Below are positions 26,713 through 40,500 of a DNA stretch of 64,000 nt, in pieces. The DNA is from Octopus bimaculoides (lineage: Eukaryota): assembly GCF_001194135.2 (NCBI RefSeq), contig NC_068981.1, positions 188,916,250 to 188,980,249 on the forward strand, written 5' to 3'. The notes under the pieces are model-generated. The model saw only the letters and a program-made list of their open reading frames with translations. It ran no database searches and was not told the origin of the DNA. The translations under genes were made by a program, and so were the position numbers. Numbering within the stretch: the first letter of the stretch is position 1; each line of letters begins with the position of its first letter.

Positions 26713-27180
26713 TCTTTGGGAAGCAATCATTCACATCAAATGAAAATACTAAATTATGTACAAGCATTTTTTCTAGAGAAAATCACACCTAAATTTTAAC
26801 TTTGGCACAATCTTTGCCAATGTTTTACATTATATGTCACTTATTTCTGAAATTTATCATGGGCTAGGTTGTTGATGACTGACTTCTGATAGCCTATAAA
26901 CACTTAGCTTGCTTAATCTAGTTACTTAACACCTACAGGCTACTTATTCATAAACTTCATTCATAGATATTATTTACGTCAATTCAGGTGAAATAGAAAA
27001 ATGCTTTTCTCTTCCTTTCTAACCTTTACTCTGCTCTCAAATACAGTTGAGAAAAGAAACAAAGTGGCAGCTGTAGGAGTACTTGAACTCTTATTTTACC
27101 AGATTTCTGTTGAAATTCACTACTTTTGTTTCAGTTAGTATTTTTTAGAATAATGAAGACTTTAGTAAAATAACTCAGTT

Positions 27181-27396
27181 ATTCTTTTCTAATATAATCA
27201 TAAGGCCTGAAACTGTTGGGAGAGAGGGCCAGTTGATTAGATCGACCCCAGTATGCAACTGGTACTTAATTTATTGACCCCGAAAGGATGAAAGGCAAAG
27301 TCGACCTCGGTGGAATTTCAACTCAGAATGTAAAGATAGACAAAATACTGCTAAGCATTTCGTCCACCGTGCTAACATTTCTACTAGCTCGCTGCC
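27181..27396 (-). mobile_element. Family B SINE
   Basis: Full reverse copy with CGAAAGGATGAAAGGCAAAGTCGACCTCGG core. Confidence 0.85.
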
Positions 27397-27559
27397 CTAA
27401 ATAATTCAGTCATTGTTAAGATAATGTTTAGAAGAAATTAACTTGAAATTTTGATGGAAAATTTTAATTTAGATCATTTTAAAACAGGATGTTTGTATCA
27501 TAGAACCACGGGTGGACTCAGGCAGGCTGGTACCAACATGGCTAAATGATGCACAGAGT

Positions 27560-28030
27560 CACCGCTATCTTAATTCGGTTCTGATGCTTTCGATTAGACC
27601 AGTTGCTTTCAAAGATGTAGTAAACTGCTGGAAGATATCTCTGGGAAGACATTGAATCTATAACTTAATACCACTGAAGAAGAGCAGTCATTTCTGTTTG
27701 TGATGGATAAAATATATATCAGATATTAAAATGAATGATTGACTGCCAGTTTTCCATACACTGGTCTTGGGTAGGTGGGGTATTTTAAATCCCAGTTGTT
27801 GTTCATTCTTTTCATGTAATCAATGGACGGAACTTCTCTACCTCGTTTGTAGGAATTATACAGGTCTTGGTTCAATTCAAAAGTCCATTGCAATTGCTCC
27901 TGATAGTTCCATAACCTGCAATGGCTTCTCCCCACCAAGCTTCTCGTCTTGTTGTGTCTCTAGTAGTATGCCATACGATAAGTTTTATTTGATTTTCACT
28001 GCTTGGTAACTGCTGCGAGCTTCTCTGAAA
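27560..28030 (-). mobile_element. Possible decayed N-terminal region of a non-LTR retrotransposon (R4/Dong-like)
   Basis: ORF 27726..27938 contains LQWTFELNQDLYNSYKRGREVPSIDYMKRMNNNWDLKYP, resembling from memory the W...N..L..CY.......GY.KR....W...YP N-terminal block of R4-clade ORFs. Confidence 0.3.
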
Positions 28031-28814
28031 ACTTGCTTCTTTGCATTTATCCAGAGAGAGAAAAAAAAAAAAATTTTATTCTTTTTAGCCAAGTTTGTAC
28101 TAATAGTAAGTACATGAAAGAGCAGCAGTTCTCTAATGTTGACATGACTGAATTCTAAACCATATTTGTGTGTGTGTGTGTGTGTGTGTGTGTATTTCGG
28201 TGAGGGATGATAGAATCAGTATGAACAAAAATGCATTGTGATATTTGTTTTGTTTATTCTCTCCTTTATAGCTACACTGATTGTTATTCATCTTTATGCA
28301 GCTCATAGAATATGTACAAAACTAAGAAGTGCCTTTGAGGATTTTCCCCAGTGATGTTTACCATTTATTACAAAATGGAAGAATCAAAAGCTTTTTTTCT
28401 TTTACATCAGTGAATTTCTCAAATTTGTTTGAGGAAAATCACAAAAGTATTAAGTAAAAAATGAAACTTTCTAGATTAAGTATTTTTACTTCAAGTATTT
28501 AGAATTCTCTCTACCACACACATAAAGGTGAAAATTCTAATATTACACTATTTCTTTTAGATTAAAATGTTCAAATGTGAATTTGAATTGTGCCAAATGT
28601 GTTGTAATTAGTTGAAGGTTTTCTTTTTCAGTCTCAATAATCATACAAACCCTATGATTGCAACAGACGATACTATCATAGATGATAGTTTGATTGCACA
28701 TAGATGAACATTTATTTTATACTATGTCATGTGCCTTCTTCATATATGTAATGTGTGTCTTATTTCTTTGTAAATAAACTTTCTCTCTTTCTTTCGTCCC
28801 TCTCATTGCCTTAG

Positions 28815-28961
28815 ATCATCGGAAAGCTGTGCAAATGTGGATCCTACCTGTTCCTCTCAAGATAGTGCTTTACTGTCGCTGCAGTCAGCTTCTGTTCCAC
28901 ACCAGTCTGGCTTATCTACAAAAAAGACTTCATGGAAGCATCCTGTGCCTGTCAATAACAG
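28815..28961 (+). CDS. Candidate alternative PDE1 cassette exon (147 nt, phase 2 to phase 2)
   Basis: Long polypyrimidine tract and about 110 nt without an upstream AG, then ttag|. Open in the exact frame needed (SSESCANVDPTCSSQDSALLSLQSASVPHQSGLSTKKTSWKHPVPVNN). Weak donor CAG|gtgtta. No homology recognised. Confidence 0.4.
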
Positions 28962-31224
28962 GTGTTAAATGATTTTTACACTTAGCACTAACTGGTTTGA
29001 GCATCCGAATAATTCCCAACTTTAAAATATGCTGTTTCATATTACCCTCATCGAAATAATCCATACAGTAATGAATAGACAACTTTTAAAAAGGGATCTA
29101 ACATGATAGAAATTAGACAGAAAGCTTATGTACTGCTTTGTACATCTATTATAAGTATGGCTACTTCTATTTTGTTCTCGACACAATTTCACTTTAAGAC
29201 AGTGAAAGAGAAAGCATCTGCTGTTTTTATAAAAATGTCAGACAGTAGAGAGCAGCAAACTAAATGCATTACAGCATCTATTTTTATCTCTTTCATCTCT
29301 AAGTTAAAATCCCCAAATATTCACTTTTCATTTAATTAAAGACAGGAAAATAAATAGCAGTCATATACTGGTGTCACTGGAACCGACACCTGAAAAATTG
29401 GCTTCTTGATAACAAGGCAAAAAGTGAATAAATTTTCTTTCACTTTGGATCGACTTCATTTTGCAATTATTATATCAATAATTTCATAGATGGAAAAATT
29501 TGATTTTGTCAGTATCAAATTCCTGAAATGATTATGAACTTGCAAGAAGAAACTAAATCCAAATTGGATATGACTTCTGTATCGATATTATTGCTATATT
29601 TAAAATAGCCATCCCCCAAAATTATATAGGAAAATTAAATTTCAATAAATTTAAAAGCATTCCATTGATTGAAATAAATCTTTTAAAAGGATCAACCTTG
29701 TGTCACATGACTGATAGGAAAGTAAAGATATTACTTTAATAAAATCATTATGGGTGTCTTCTAAGTTGCTGGAGAAGATTAGTTAAGACAAAGATGGATA
29801 AGGCTGGTGGATAAGTGTAATTTCATTTTTTTTTTTTTTTTACCCTTACTTCCTTTCTTCCCTCAGACATACAGGTTACTTCTTTATCTTTTTTTTTTTC
29901 TGTCCACTTATGAAAAACGTCTTGCCATATCTTTTCATGCATGCTGGTTTGCCTGATGCATGTTTTCATAATAACAACTTCTAAAAAATAACGTAGATTA
30001 TGTACGTAGTTACTGCTGTTGCTGTCATTAATTATACTAACACCACCCTAATTATTACTAAAGATGTTAATCAAAAACACCAATTGTTATATTCACCTTA
30101 TTCTCAACTCATAAAACTACTCTAAATCTATGTCATGGTTCTAATATTAACTGCACTAATTCTGCATAAATCTTTTAGCTTTATTTGCACTTATTTCTAT
30201 TTCAGTTTTGTGTTGTATCATTTCTGTTAGAAGATTTTTAGCAATTTTGTAACACATTTTTACTTTCTTTTTCTTTTTTTTTTTTTTCTTCAAATAAATT
30301 ATAGTTTTCCAATTTACAGAATTCTTGAGGACTTGATGGAATTATTAACTAAATAACAAAACTTGACTTTTATTTCTATTTCTTTCATTTAACTGATATT
30401 GGTTTCATTTTTCTTTTTGTATCTAACCAATGTATTATTGGTTTAAGTTTTTCTTATTTGCTCAGCATGTTTATAGCTAAGTTTATATTTTTTTCTAAAA
30501 CACACATATATATATATATATTATATATATATAAAATTAAAACTAGCTAATTTAGAAACATTTTACACATACAACTGTAATTAGTCTATTATATATTACA
30601 TTAAAATATAAATTGATATTTATTAGAGAAAAAACGTATTTATCAAAGTTTATTAATCCATTTGTTTCAAAACCAAAAATATGTTATAGTTAGAAATAAT
30701 AATTAATATAATAAATTAAAGGGATAAACTTTTTTAATACATCAGATGTTACCTGTAATTAATTATGATTCTTGTAGTAAAATTAAGCGAAGTATCAGTA
30801 ATTAATTTGAAAACTAGAAAAGATGGGAGAAGCAGGCATGGTTATGTGAAGTTAGGGCTTCTATGTGGTTTTGGACTTGATCCTTTCTTGTAGCATATTA
30901 GTGTAGTGTCTTCTGCTATAATTTCATGTCAACCAAAACCTTGTAAGTGAAATTTGATTGACAGAAACTCTGTAGAAGTCTACTGCATATATGTATTAGT
31001 GGATCCAACATCCTCAGTCCTGCATAGACTATTATGCCCAGTCCTTTCTCCACAGAATACTGCCCCTCTGAAATCTCCTTGCACATATCTTTCCTGTAGG
31101 TATTTATCTGGTTGAGCTGCAGCAGTTTAAACAGAACATTAACAGCATCAAGCTCACCAGGTTTGGAGGGCCTGCAAAGCTCACAGGCACTACCCCTTCC
31201 TCCAAACTCAACAAGTAACATATA

Positions 31225-31450
31225 TCATCATCATCATCATCATCATTTAGCATCCATTGTCCATGCTAGCATAGATTGAATGGTTTGACCAGAGCTGGTA
31301 AGCTGAGGGGCTGCACCAAACTCCAGTCTAATTTTGTATGGTTTTTATAGCCGGATGCCCTTCCTAACACCAACCACTCTGAAAGTGTAATGAGTGCTTT
31401 TATGTGCCACTGGCATGTGTACCAATTGTGTGACACTAGCATCTGCCATG
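31225..31450 (-). mobile_element. Family A element (older)
   Basis: (CAT)n tail then GGATGCCCTTCCTAACACCAACCACTC body in reverse. Confidence 0.75.
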
Positions 31451-33910
31451 ACATATACATATATATAAAACACTGCAGGATGACAGAATCAGTATGAACA
31501 AAAATACCTTGTGATATTTGATTATGTTCTGTTTGTGCCCTCATTATATCTAGATTGATCATGTGATTCTTTTTTGTGTGGTTCATATATGTAAGTACTG
31601 CTGTTGATATTAGTGACAAAAGCCATTGAAGATAATGCCCCAGTATGACTACGGTTCAATGAGTGAAGCCAGTAAAAGAATAGCAAATCATAGCTTATGT
31701 AATGAGTCTTTTGCCAAAAAATTTACGTTTGTAATGCTTTGAGCTTTTAGTTTATCAGCTAGTTTCATTATAACTAACCATTATTAATGCTGGATATACA
31801 TTCAACAGTTTGCTTTCATTCATGCTTTTCCAACAGATATTAGTTGTATCAGTGCTGCTTCTCTTGATGCTGGTTTGTTGTTTATAGTTTTGGTCAGCCT
31901 GAAGACCTTTACCAAACATGTAACCAATCAAATAGTTAAGAGTTTCACTACACAGATTACATTCCAGATAAGCAATACTCCAATATGTTCTGAGAGGCAA
32001 AGCTGTAGAGTCTACTTTGGAGTGGCTGGGTATGTAAGGTACAATCTAGCAAACAGGGCATGTTGTGTCTAATTTTCCATCCAGTCTGTTTTAGTTTGAT
32101 CAAAAACTCTGCTGCTTTGTTTGTATGGCAGGTACGTCAACAAGCTTAAGGCAGGTGAATTCAAACCATCGAAACTGTGGCTTATTTTATTGATATGAAA
32201 TATATTTCTGATTTTCTAACAATTCAATTTATTCACTTTGATCTGATGGCTTTTAATAATATTATTGAATGACTTCCTTAAATGATAAAATTTGAAGTGT
32301 CTTTTCTTACTAAATACTTTGATAGACTTTGTTATACTTTATGGAGAAACATTTATTTCATTTTGATTTTTGTTCATATATTATTATTATTATTATTATT
32401 ACAATTTAATATAAATTTTCTGATCTGAATATATACTGAACTAGTTTCATCTTAAATATATTTTTGTTTTAACTTTGTATTCCTTTAGATTTTGAGTTTA
32501 TTGTTTTGGAATTAAATTCTCTTTTCCATCAGTTATTCAAATCCAATAACAAGCATAAATGTTTACACCAATTCTTTTAGCCTGCACTTTTGTCATTAAA
32601 CATTATTCTTTGAAACTAAGTTTTAAAACAAATATATTTCTTTGATGAATTTCAAACTGAATGCTAATGTTAAATGAACTTAATATTACTGCTTAAGTAA
32701 AATGATGATAGGTTCCCACCACCCCAAATCTTCTTTTGTGGTGACAACGTTCCTTTATCTTGAATAATATCATTCTATATTTAATTTCATATGTGAAATC
32801 TCAGTTTTATTGAGAAGGAGAAATAATATTTGTGATAATCATGCCATTTCAAATATCATTAAGAACATCAGCAAAATCAGCTTCAATGGAATTCAGAAAT
32901 GCTGAATTGTTCACTAAAACAGTTTTACTTGACTACCTCATTTTTCACACATTGTAACATAAGAATGTAATAATTCACAAAAAAAGAATTTAAAATGTTA
33001 TTTGATACCCAGATTCATCTGAAAATAAGAAATGTATGGAGCAAGCATAATATTTTAGATTGTTAATTATTTTCAATGATTGTGGTAGAAGATATATTTC
33101 TGTGGAGTAGAATACTGACGGTTCCCAAATATATTTTGGCAAGTTGAGAATTATAAATAGGAGTCAAGTCACAGAAACATCATTATCAAGCACCTTACAA
33201 ATCTAACACCCAACACACAGTTTTAGGCTATTTTTTTTATTTGTATAGATCTAGAACCTTTATGTACTTGACCTAGGCATGATTTGAACAACTGCACCTT
33301 CATATTCTAATTTATTACTTCTAAGTATTAATTCTGGCTGTTTTAATGCCCATGCTAACTTCTGCTTTTCACCTGCACTTTGAAGTAAAAAAAAAACTTC
33401 AAAATATTTTCATTCACCACATCAGAAACTGAGCATATACCCATTTTAAAACAGATATAAAATTTACTGAACAAATTCCAATTAATTAAAATTGCCATTT
33501 TAAATTTCCCTCATATAAATTGTGGCAAATTGTAATATTGTTTAATAAAATGAATGTTTTAAATTCAATGTTGAAATAATAGTTATGTTTACTAGTCTGT
33601 TTAGTTAAGTCTTTTCTCATTAATCATTATTTATGTTTTTCAGTTCTATTTTATATTGTCTAAAACTTGTTTTCCAGGCTTTTGGGGCTTTTAGCTAGAA
33701 TGCTGTGTAGAAACAATGTGTTGTGTACTAATATTATAATATCACCTATCCATATTCTTTTTTGCAATCTAATCATTATAGATTATTTTTTGTAAACACA
33801 TATTTGATTACAAAACTAATTGGCACTGTGCTTTTAATCTTTTTCATGTTATTATTTGTATCATTTGTGAATTTTATGGATGGTATAATTTGCTCACTTT
33901 TGATATTTCA

Positions 33911-33944
<34 letters not shown>

Positions 33945-35614
33945 CACTGTAAGTTTAAACTAAATCTAGTATATAATTGTTTTGAATGTCAACAAATGTC
34001 ATAGAATGGTTTTGGTGATTCATTGAACATTGTTTTACGAAATTAACAAATATATCCACAAAGTGTGAGTGTGTACATGTGTCTATTTGAATTTTGTTCT
34101 TTTAATAAATATCTTAAAATATATTTTCTGCATAAAAACATTTTTAATATTAATAGTTAGTTTACTTTTTCAATATTAATGAAAATTTAATTGCGGTTGT
34201 GATTTTTTAATTTTTTTTGATTGAATGTATTTATCTACCAATAGTATAAAAATTGAAATTATTTACTCTATTCTTTTTATGATTCATTTTAGTAGTCAGT
34301 ATTGTTACAAAGAACTATACTGTTCTTTGCAAGAACACAGAGCTGAATAAACCATTCAGCTCAGTGAATAGTTTAAAGTAATAATAAATAAATGAAAAAA
34401 ATAGCATCTTAGTTAGAAAGCTAGCTTTACTTGTGATAGTAATCGTTTTTACAAGCAGAGAAAATAACACACTCCTTGCAAAAATTAGTTAAGATTTTTT
34501 GGATGATTGAAATTCTATTTAATTTTTCTTAATGATAATTATAAGATTTATTTAAATAATTAGAATTACAAATATAAATATTTTTAATTAGATATTTCTA
34601 AATTCTTGATTTCAGTTTTATTTTATTTCTTTTTTGCATGAAGTTGTGAAAAGGATATGTGTATATACATGTGTATGAATGTATGTATATATGATGTTAT
34701 AGATAGATAGATAGATAGATAAATATGATAAAAATTTATTGTATTTGTAAATGTCATATTAGAAAAAAAGTCTTGTATATTATTTGATTTTAATGTCAAG
34801 TAGTTAGAATTATTTCTGATAACAAGTACACAAACAAATTTATTTCGTTAGCATTAAATATTCATAAACACATTAATTGATTATCATCATCATTTAACAG
34901 GTTAGCATGGGTTGGCTGGTTTAACAAGACCCAATGAGTCAGTGGATTGTATCATACTCCAGTGTCTGTTTTGGTGGGGTTTCTATGGCTGGATGCCCTT
35001 CCTAATGTCAGTCATATTACATAGTAACCTCATTAGTGCTGGTACATTTTTCACAGCACCAGCACTAGTGAGGTTACCATATAACTCATGAAAAAACCTG
35101 AGTAGAAGTATAAATGAGTAGAAGACAGCTTCATGCTAGGTGTGGAAGAAATTAGAATATGATAGACAGGACAGAAAGAGATTGGTTACTGTAGACAAGA
35201 TGCATGGCTAACTTGTTTAATAGGTGGGAGTAATTGGGGTAGAGCTGAAAAGGAAGATAAACATGGTGACTAGGTATCAGAGTGAGTACTCAAGGTACAA
35301 AAAGGTGAACAGAAAATAGTGAGGAGGCAGACAATCAGGAAGAGTGGACAGGTAAAAGTTGCAATAGTGTGAGAGGAAAGTGGGAGATAGTTAGAGATGG
35401 AGGTAGGGTTGAAGGTAGTGATGATGAACAAGGGTAGAAGGTAAATATAAGTTGGGGGAAGGTGATAAGCATTAGGAATATATGTTCACAGAAATGGCTC
35501 AAGGGAGTAGAGATGATGACTGACAATAATGAAAGTTGAAGAGCAGCAGAATAACAATAAACTGTAAATAGGAAAAGGATGAGAGAGGGGGTGAGAGAGA
35601 GAGGGGTGAGAGAG

Positions 35615-35849
35615 NNNNNNNNNNNNNNNNNNNNNNNNNNNNNNNNNNNNNNNNNNNNNNNNNNNNNNNNNNNNNNNNNNNNNNNNNNNNNNNNNNNNNN
35701 NNNNNNNNNNNNNNNNNNNNNNNNNNNNNNNNNNNNNNNNNNNNNNNNNNNNNNNNNNNNNNNNNNNNNNNNNNNNNNNNNNNNNNNNNNNNNNNNNNNN
35801 NNNNNNNNNNNNNNNNNNNNNNNNNNNNNNNNNNNNNNNNNNNNNNNNN
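35615..35849. other. Assembly gap (N run) flanked by GA/G-rich sequence
   Basis: Run of N. Confidence 1.
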
Positions 35850-36214
35850 AGGGGGGGGGGAGTAAATGCTACAAGAGTGTGGGAACAGAGTAAGAGATAC
35901 ATCATGATAAGGGTGAAAGAGGTCAGAACTATGTCAGTGAAGATATAGTGAATGGCAAACAATGATGGAACTGGTCAATGGTAGAAAAAAGGGCTAAGAA
36001 TGATGTATGGGTGTCAACAAGAAGTTATTTAGGAGAGAGAAAGAGATAACCAGTGGCTTAGAAAGAGCTGAAGTATGTAGTTCTGGTCTTGTTTAATAAC
36101 AACATCAGAATAATGCAGTAAGAGTGATGCAGGGATGATTGATAGGGGGTATAAGGGTGTGAGGAAAGGCTTGAAAGAGACAAATTGGGTGAGATGCCCA
36201 TTTGTGTACATATA

Positions 36215-36522
36215 CATCATCATCATCATCATCGTTTAACGTCCGCTTTCCATGCTAGCATGGGTTGGACGATTTGACTGAGGAATGGTGAAACCAGATG
36301 GCAACACCAGGCTCCAATCTAATTTGGCAGAGTTTCTACAGCTGGATGCCCTTCCTAACGCCAACCACTCAGAGAGTGTATTGGTTGCTTTTACGTGTCA
36401 CCCGCACGAAGGCCAGTCAGGCGGTACTGGCAACGGCCACGCTCGAAATGGTGTCTTTTATGTGCCACCCGCACAAGAGCCAGTCCAGGGGCAATGGCAA
36501 CGATCTCACTCGAAAATCTCGA
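36215..36522 (-). mobile_element. Young family A element
   Basis: CpG-intact reverse copy; 3' 47 nt identical to 11022, 46081 and the reverse copy near 2800. Confidence 0.85.
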
Positions 36523-36900
36523 AAATCATATATAATACTTTTAGGAACTCAGAGTAAATTTGGTAATATTCAAACTTATGAACTGAATCTTCCTTCTTGG
36601 GTCACTCTAAAATAGGAAATGTCTCATGAAACATGCATTTGATAGGCAAAGAATATTAGCAATTCTAAACAAGAAAAGAAAAAGTGATATTTATAGTAAC
36701 ATGTCATGTTGTTTCTGATTTGTGCATCTGGCAACTTCCAAAATTAATATTTCCTATAATTAAAATGTAATCTACAATGAAATTACCACAAGCACATGGG
36801 CAGTGTGAACTCCAATAGCAATTATAATAAATATTTCATTTAAATTCTCGATGAAGCCACAGAAAATAAAATATTGGAACAGCATGCTCTAAGCCTTTAA

Positions 36901-37069
36901 CCTTTTTAATTCCAGCTTGCCTGAAACTGCTTTGGTTGAGTGATAAAAAATTGGCCATTTTGAAGTGTTTCTGTTTAAGTCTTCTCTCTTAATTTTATAA
37001 ATTGATGAGATTAATTATTTTGCTAAATACTTCATAGTTAACTTCAATATAAGTATGGTCACAAAAGGG
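36901..37069. mobile_element. piggyBac-type MITE
   Basis: TTAA|CCTTTT...AAAAGGG|TTAA. Confidence 0.55.
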
Positions 37070-37296
37070 TTAATCTCTATGACAACAAAGAGGGCAAAGG
37101 TAAAAGGTTTACTGAACATTAAACATTAAACTCAACCTGATGGATGGGATTTAGATCGCATTAGATTTAATTAGTTAGGAAGCAACAAAGCCGAGTTTTA
37201 ATTTTGCCATTGTTAGCTTAACTTTACATCTTTCCAAAACTAAAACTGTGTTAGTGAAATACCTGAAAAAATAGTAAAATACTAAGCTGTCTTTAA

Positions 37297-37515
37297 CCCT
37301 TTCATTATGGTATTTATTTTGAGATGCTCTGTTTCTCTCAATTATTCTAAATATAACAAAGAATTTAGTAAAATAACTTAGTTATCATTAAGCTAGTGCT
37401 AGGAACATAAATTGTGACTAAGGTTTGATGGAAGATTTTAATTCAAAACTTATGGAAACAAGACATTTGTACTACAGAGCCAGAACCGGTTTCAGCCAGC
37501 TTGGTAATGAAAGGG
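37297..37515. mobile_element. piggyBac-type MITE
   Basis: TTAA|CCCTTTCATTA...TAATGAAAGGG|CTAA (11-bp TIR, one TSD mutated). Confidence 0.7.
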
Positions 37516-40500
37516 CTAATACGCCTAATTGTCTAAAAATACCAATTCTACCACTTTAACAAGACACATACATTGTCATCACCTAATTCTATTGTATTTT
37601 TCAGAATTATAAATCCTAAATTCCCATCAGTCAGAGTTTTTATTTGGAATTATGTGTGAATATCAACCCAGTTATTCTCACTTTGATATTCTGTTGTAAA
37701 TAAGGATGTGTTTTGAGTATAAAATTGAAAATTAAAGTGATAACTAGTTTTCTGTTCTTTAGATGTAAACATAATAAATTTTGTTGACTTGATGTTTGGA
37801 GATATTTTCTGTGTATATAATCATTCGCAGAATCCTACATTAGATCTTTCATCTAGTTGTTGTGAAAGAATGTGTGCACACGCGTGCATGTGTGTGTGAG
37901 GCTAAAATTAATGAATTAAAGAAATAGAAATTTTTAGCAGAATCAAGTAGGAATGAAATTCATTTTATTTGTTCAATGTTATTAACTCCAAGTGTACATG
38001 TACAATGTTTTCTTTTAATAATTAAATATCTCAAAACTATTGATTTTCTATACAAAGTTTGTATATATTTCAATAATGATTCTATCAATAACAAAGAATT
38101 GATACAAAAATATTATTGAAACTGTTACTAAGTGATTGATTTTTCATGGCTAAAACATTTAAATTTCTTTAAAATCTTAAATCATTAGAATTTTTCATCT
38201 TGAAAGTCCTGATACCAAGATATCTTGTAAAAAGTACATAGAAGTACGAAATATATCTTAGAGCAGGGTTACTTGAAGAAACATATGTAAATGATATAAA
38301 AAAAAGTTTCTCATTTCTGTATCTAAATAATTCACTGTTTTCAGAAGATTTTTTTAAATACATTATTCATCCACAAAATATTTTCTACTAACATTATTCT
38401 TTACTGCAAGCCATCATTCACTCACTCACCCTTATGTAACTCCCCTCTATCATCACTGCCATCTTTGTATCACTCTCTGGTCCGCTATCATGCTGTTTTT
38501 CGATTTAATCTCCTTTCTGAGGCTGCTTATCAACATCTTGCTTCCATCCCAATCATACCCTACACTTCTGTCATCCACTTCGTCTTCACTTTGCTCTTCT
38601 ATTCATACCCATGGTCACACTCACCTCAAACAAGTAGAGAGCAGAGGGAACTAAACAAACACTCCAGCACAAATGTCACAGTAAAATGCATCCAATGCTC
38701 TCTGTAAATGGCTGGTATTAAGAAGGGCATCGAATAAAATGGAATGTATGAGCTATGTGCCATCCTCTGGCCCCTCAAGAAGGGATGATAACTCCAAATA
38801 AGAACTGACTTAGACCAATGACATCTCATCCAACCTATGCCAACATGGGCGCCAAATGTATGATGATGATGGTGGTGGTGGTGATGATAATGATGAAGAT
38901 GATGGGGGTGGTGGTGGTAAAAGTGGGTGATGATAATTAACAGCTTTTTGCAATTTGTTAAATGGCTTAAATTTGTTTACAGCGGAATATTTAATGAAAG
39001 TTTTATAGCAACCAGAATATGCACTTCACCATCACAAACTAATTATATATAGGTCAGTTTACTTCATTGATCCTATTTAAGTTAGAAATGAATGGGCAAA
39101 CTCAAATAAAAAATACAATTAGAGATCTACTATTCTCTGTGGAGCAATGATTAATATTAATTATTGTAGTGGAAACAATAAACTAAACAATAAATATGAA
39201 ATGAGAGGGAGATCTTGTATATGAAATATAATCCAGATATTTTTAATTCAAATTCTATTTGCAATAATTTCCAGTCATTTGATACTAATTCGAAGCTGAT
39301 TCTGCTTTGATATGTATACAAAATATCAAATTTACAGGTAATGATTATATCAAGGTTTCACAAGCAAAATAATTAAGCACCTTTTATCATTAGATATGAA
39401 GCAAAAACCTAAGAAGCCTCGTTTGCTTTAATATTTAACAATCATTCATGGAGAATAATTAGCATTTTGAAAATAAGTTGTGGGTAACAAGCATAAAATT
39501 ATTTTCTGCAGTGAATAATAAATGTAGAGGATAAAATCTTCAATGTTATAGGAAGTAGGTTGGGTTCCTTTCATTATTGATTATACATATATATATAGGA
39601 CATTAATATACATTAGATTTTTCATGATAGGCTTAAGGTTAATTAAAAATCTCAAAATTCTGAAAATATCATTATTTTACTTGACTTGTTATAATTGTGT
39701 TAATGAATTTCACCCAAAACAACATGAAGATAATCTATACTTTCAGATAATCTTAAGATATTTATAAGGTAGAATTTTAATTTTGTATATATTTATTTAC
39801 ATTATGTCATCTATCTATTTCTAATCATGGCCTCTGAGAGAAACCTTGGGGTCCCTGAAGGACTGATGAGGAGGGCCTCTTCCTCTCCACCTTGTCAGAA
39901 GTTCCCAAAGCCATTTCTTAAATTTCTGGGCATCTCTTTATCTCCTCAGACACTAGACTGTTGTAACTGCTGAAATCCCTGTTTCTCACTTTGCTTTTAG
40001 GGAATCGTGTTTGTCATTGTTCCTTTAGTACTTATGCTCTTGAACTTAAAAGACCAGTCTCTGAACATCATCATGACTACATTTGTTATCATCATCATCA
40101 TAAATGATGATGTCACTGCTATCAGTATTTTTAGACGAGACAGTGAGAGAGAGAGTTTACAAAGGCAATTGACCTGCACAATATAGCAGACTCTTCTACT
40201 TGAGTAATTTTCCTGCTTCTATTGTACAACTAAAAATATCAACAGTTGATATTGTTAGCATACATAGAAGACAGGATCAGTTGAACAGTGAATTAGATAT
40301 TTATACTAAATGATTTGTTGTATTTAGCTTCGTCTTATTACATTCTGAATTCAAATCTCCATGGAGTCAGCTCCAATTGGGTCTCTGTTTATTTTCCTCT
40401 TTAATAAATATCTCTTTCTACATGTGAGGTCAAATCTACTTGCATTTGATTTTAAGCATTAAATCATTCATTTCAATTATCTACCCAACTCAGATACATT

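Noticed and set aside
29867-29874. 8-nt segment between a strong acceptor and gttact
   Set aside because: Not frame-preserving and poor donor; poly-U tract probably incidental.
32101-32137. Strong donor GCAG|gtacgt, possible alternative first exon
   Set aside because: ATG GCA G gives phase 1, but exon 42243 needs phase 2; the phase 2 frame has TGA at 32097 and no ATG. A non-coding exon cannot be excluded.
34322-34362. Two adjacent small hairpins (6 bp and 9 bp)
   Set aside because: Within chance expectation for 64 kb; no second copy seen.
35486-35962. ORFs across the second gap
   Set aside because: Mostly X; flanks are purine-skewed, probably decayed retroelement or low-complexity DNA.
39828-39974. 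GC-richer 48-codon ORF MASERNLGVPEG... containing CTGATGAGG
   Set aside because: No donor to join PDE1, and no GAAA after the putative helix II so not a hammerhead; probably a repeat fragment.
40001-40186. Acceptor followed by a long hydrophobic open frame
   Set aside because: Open only in phase 0 while this intron is phase 2 (TAG after 8 codons); hydrophobicity comes from an (ATC)n repeat.
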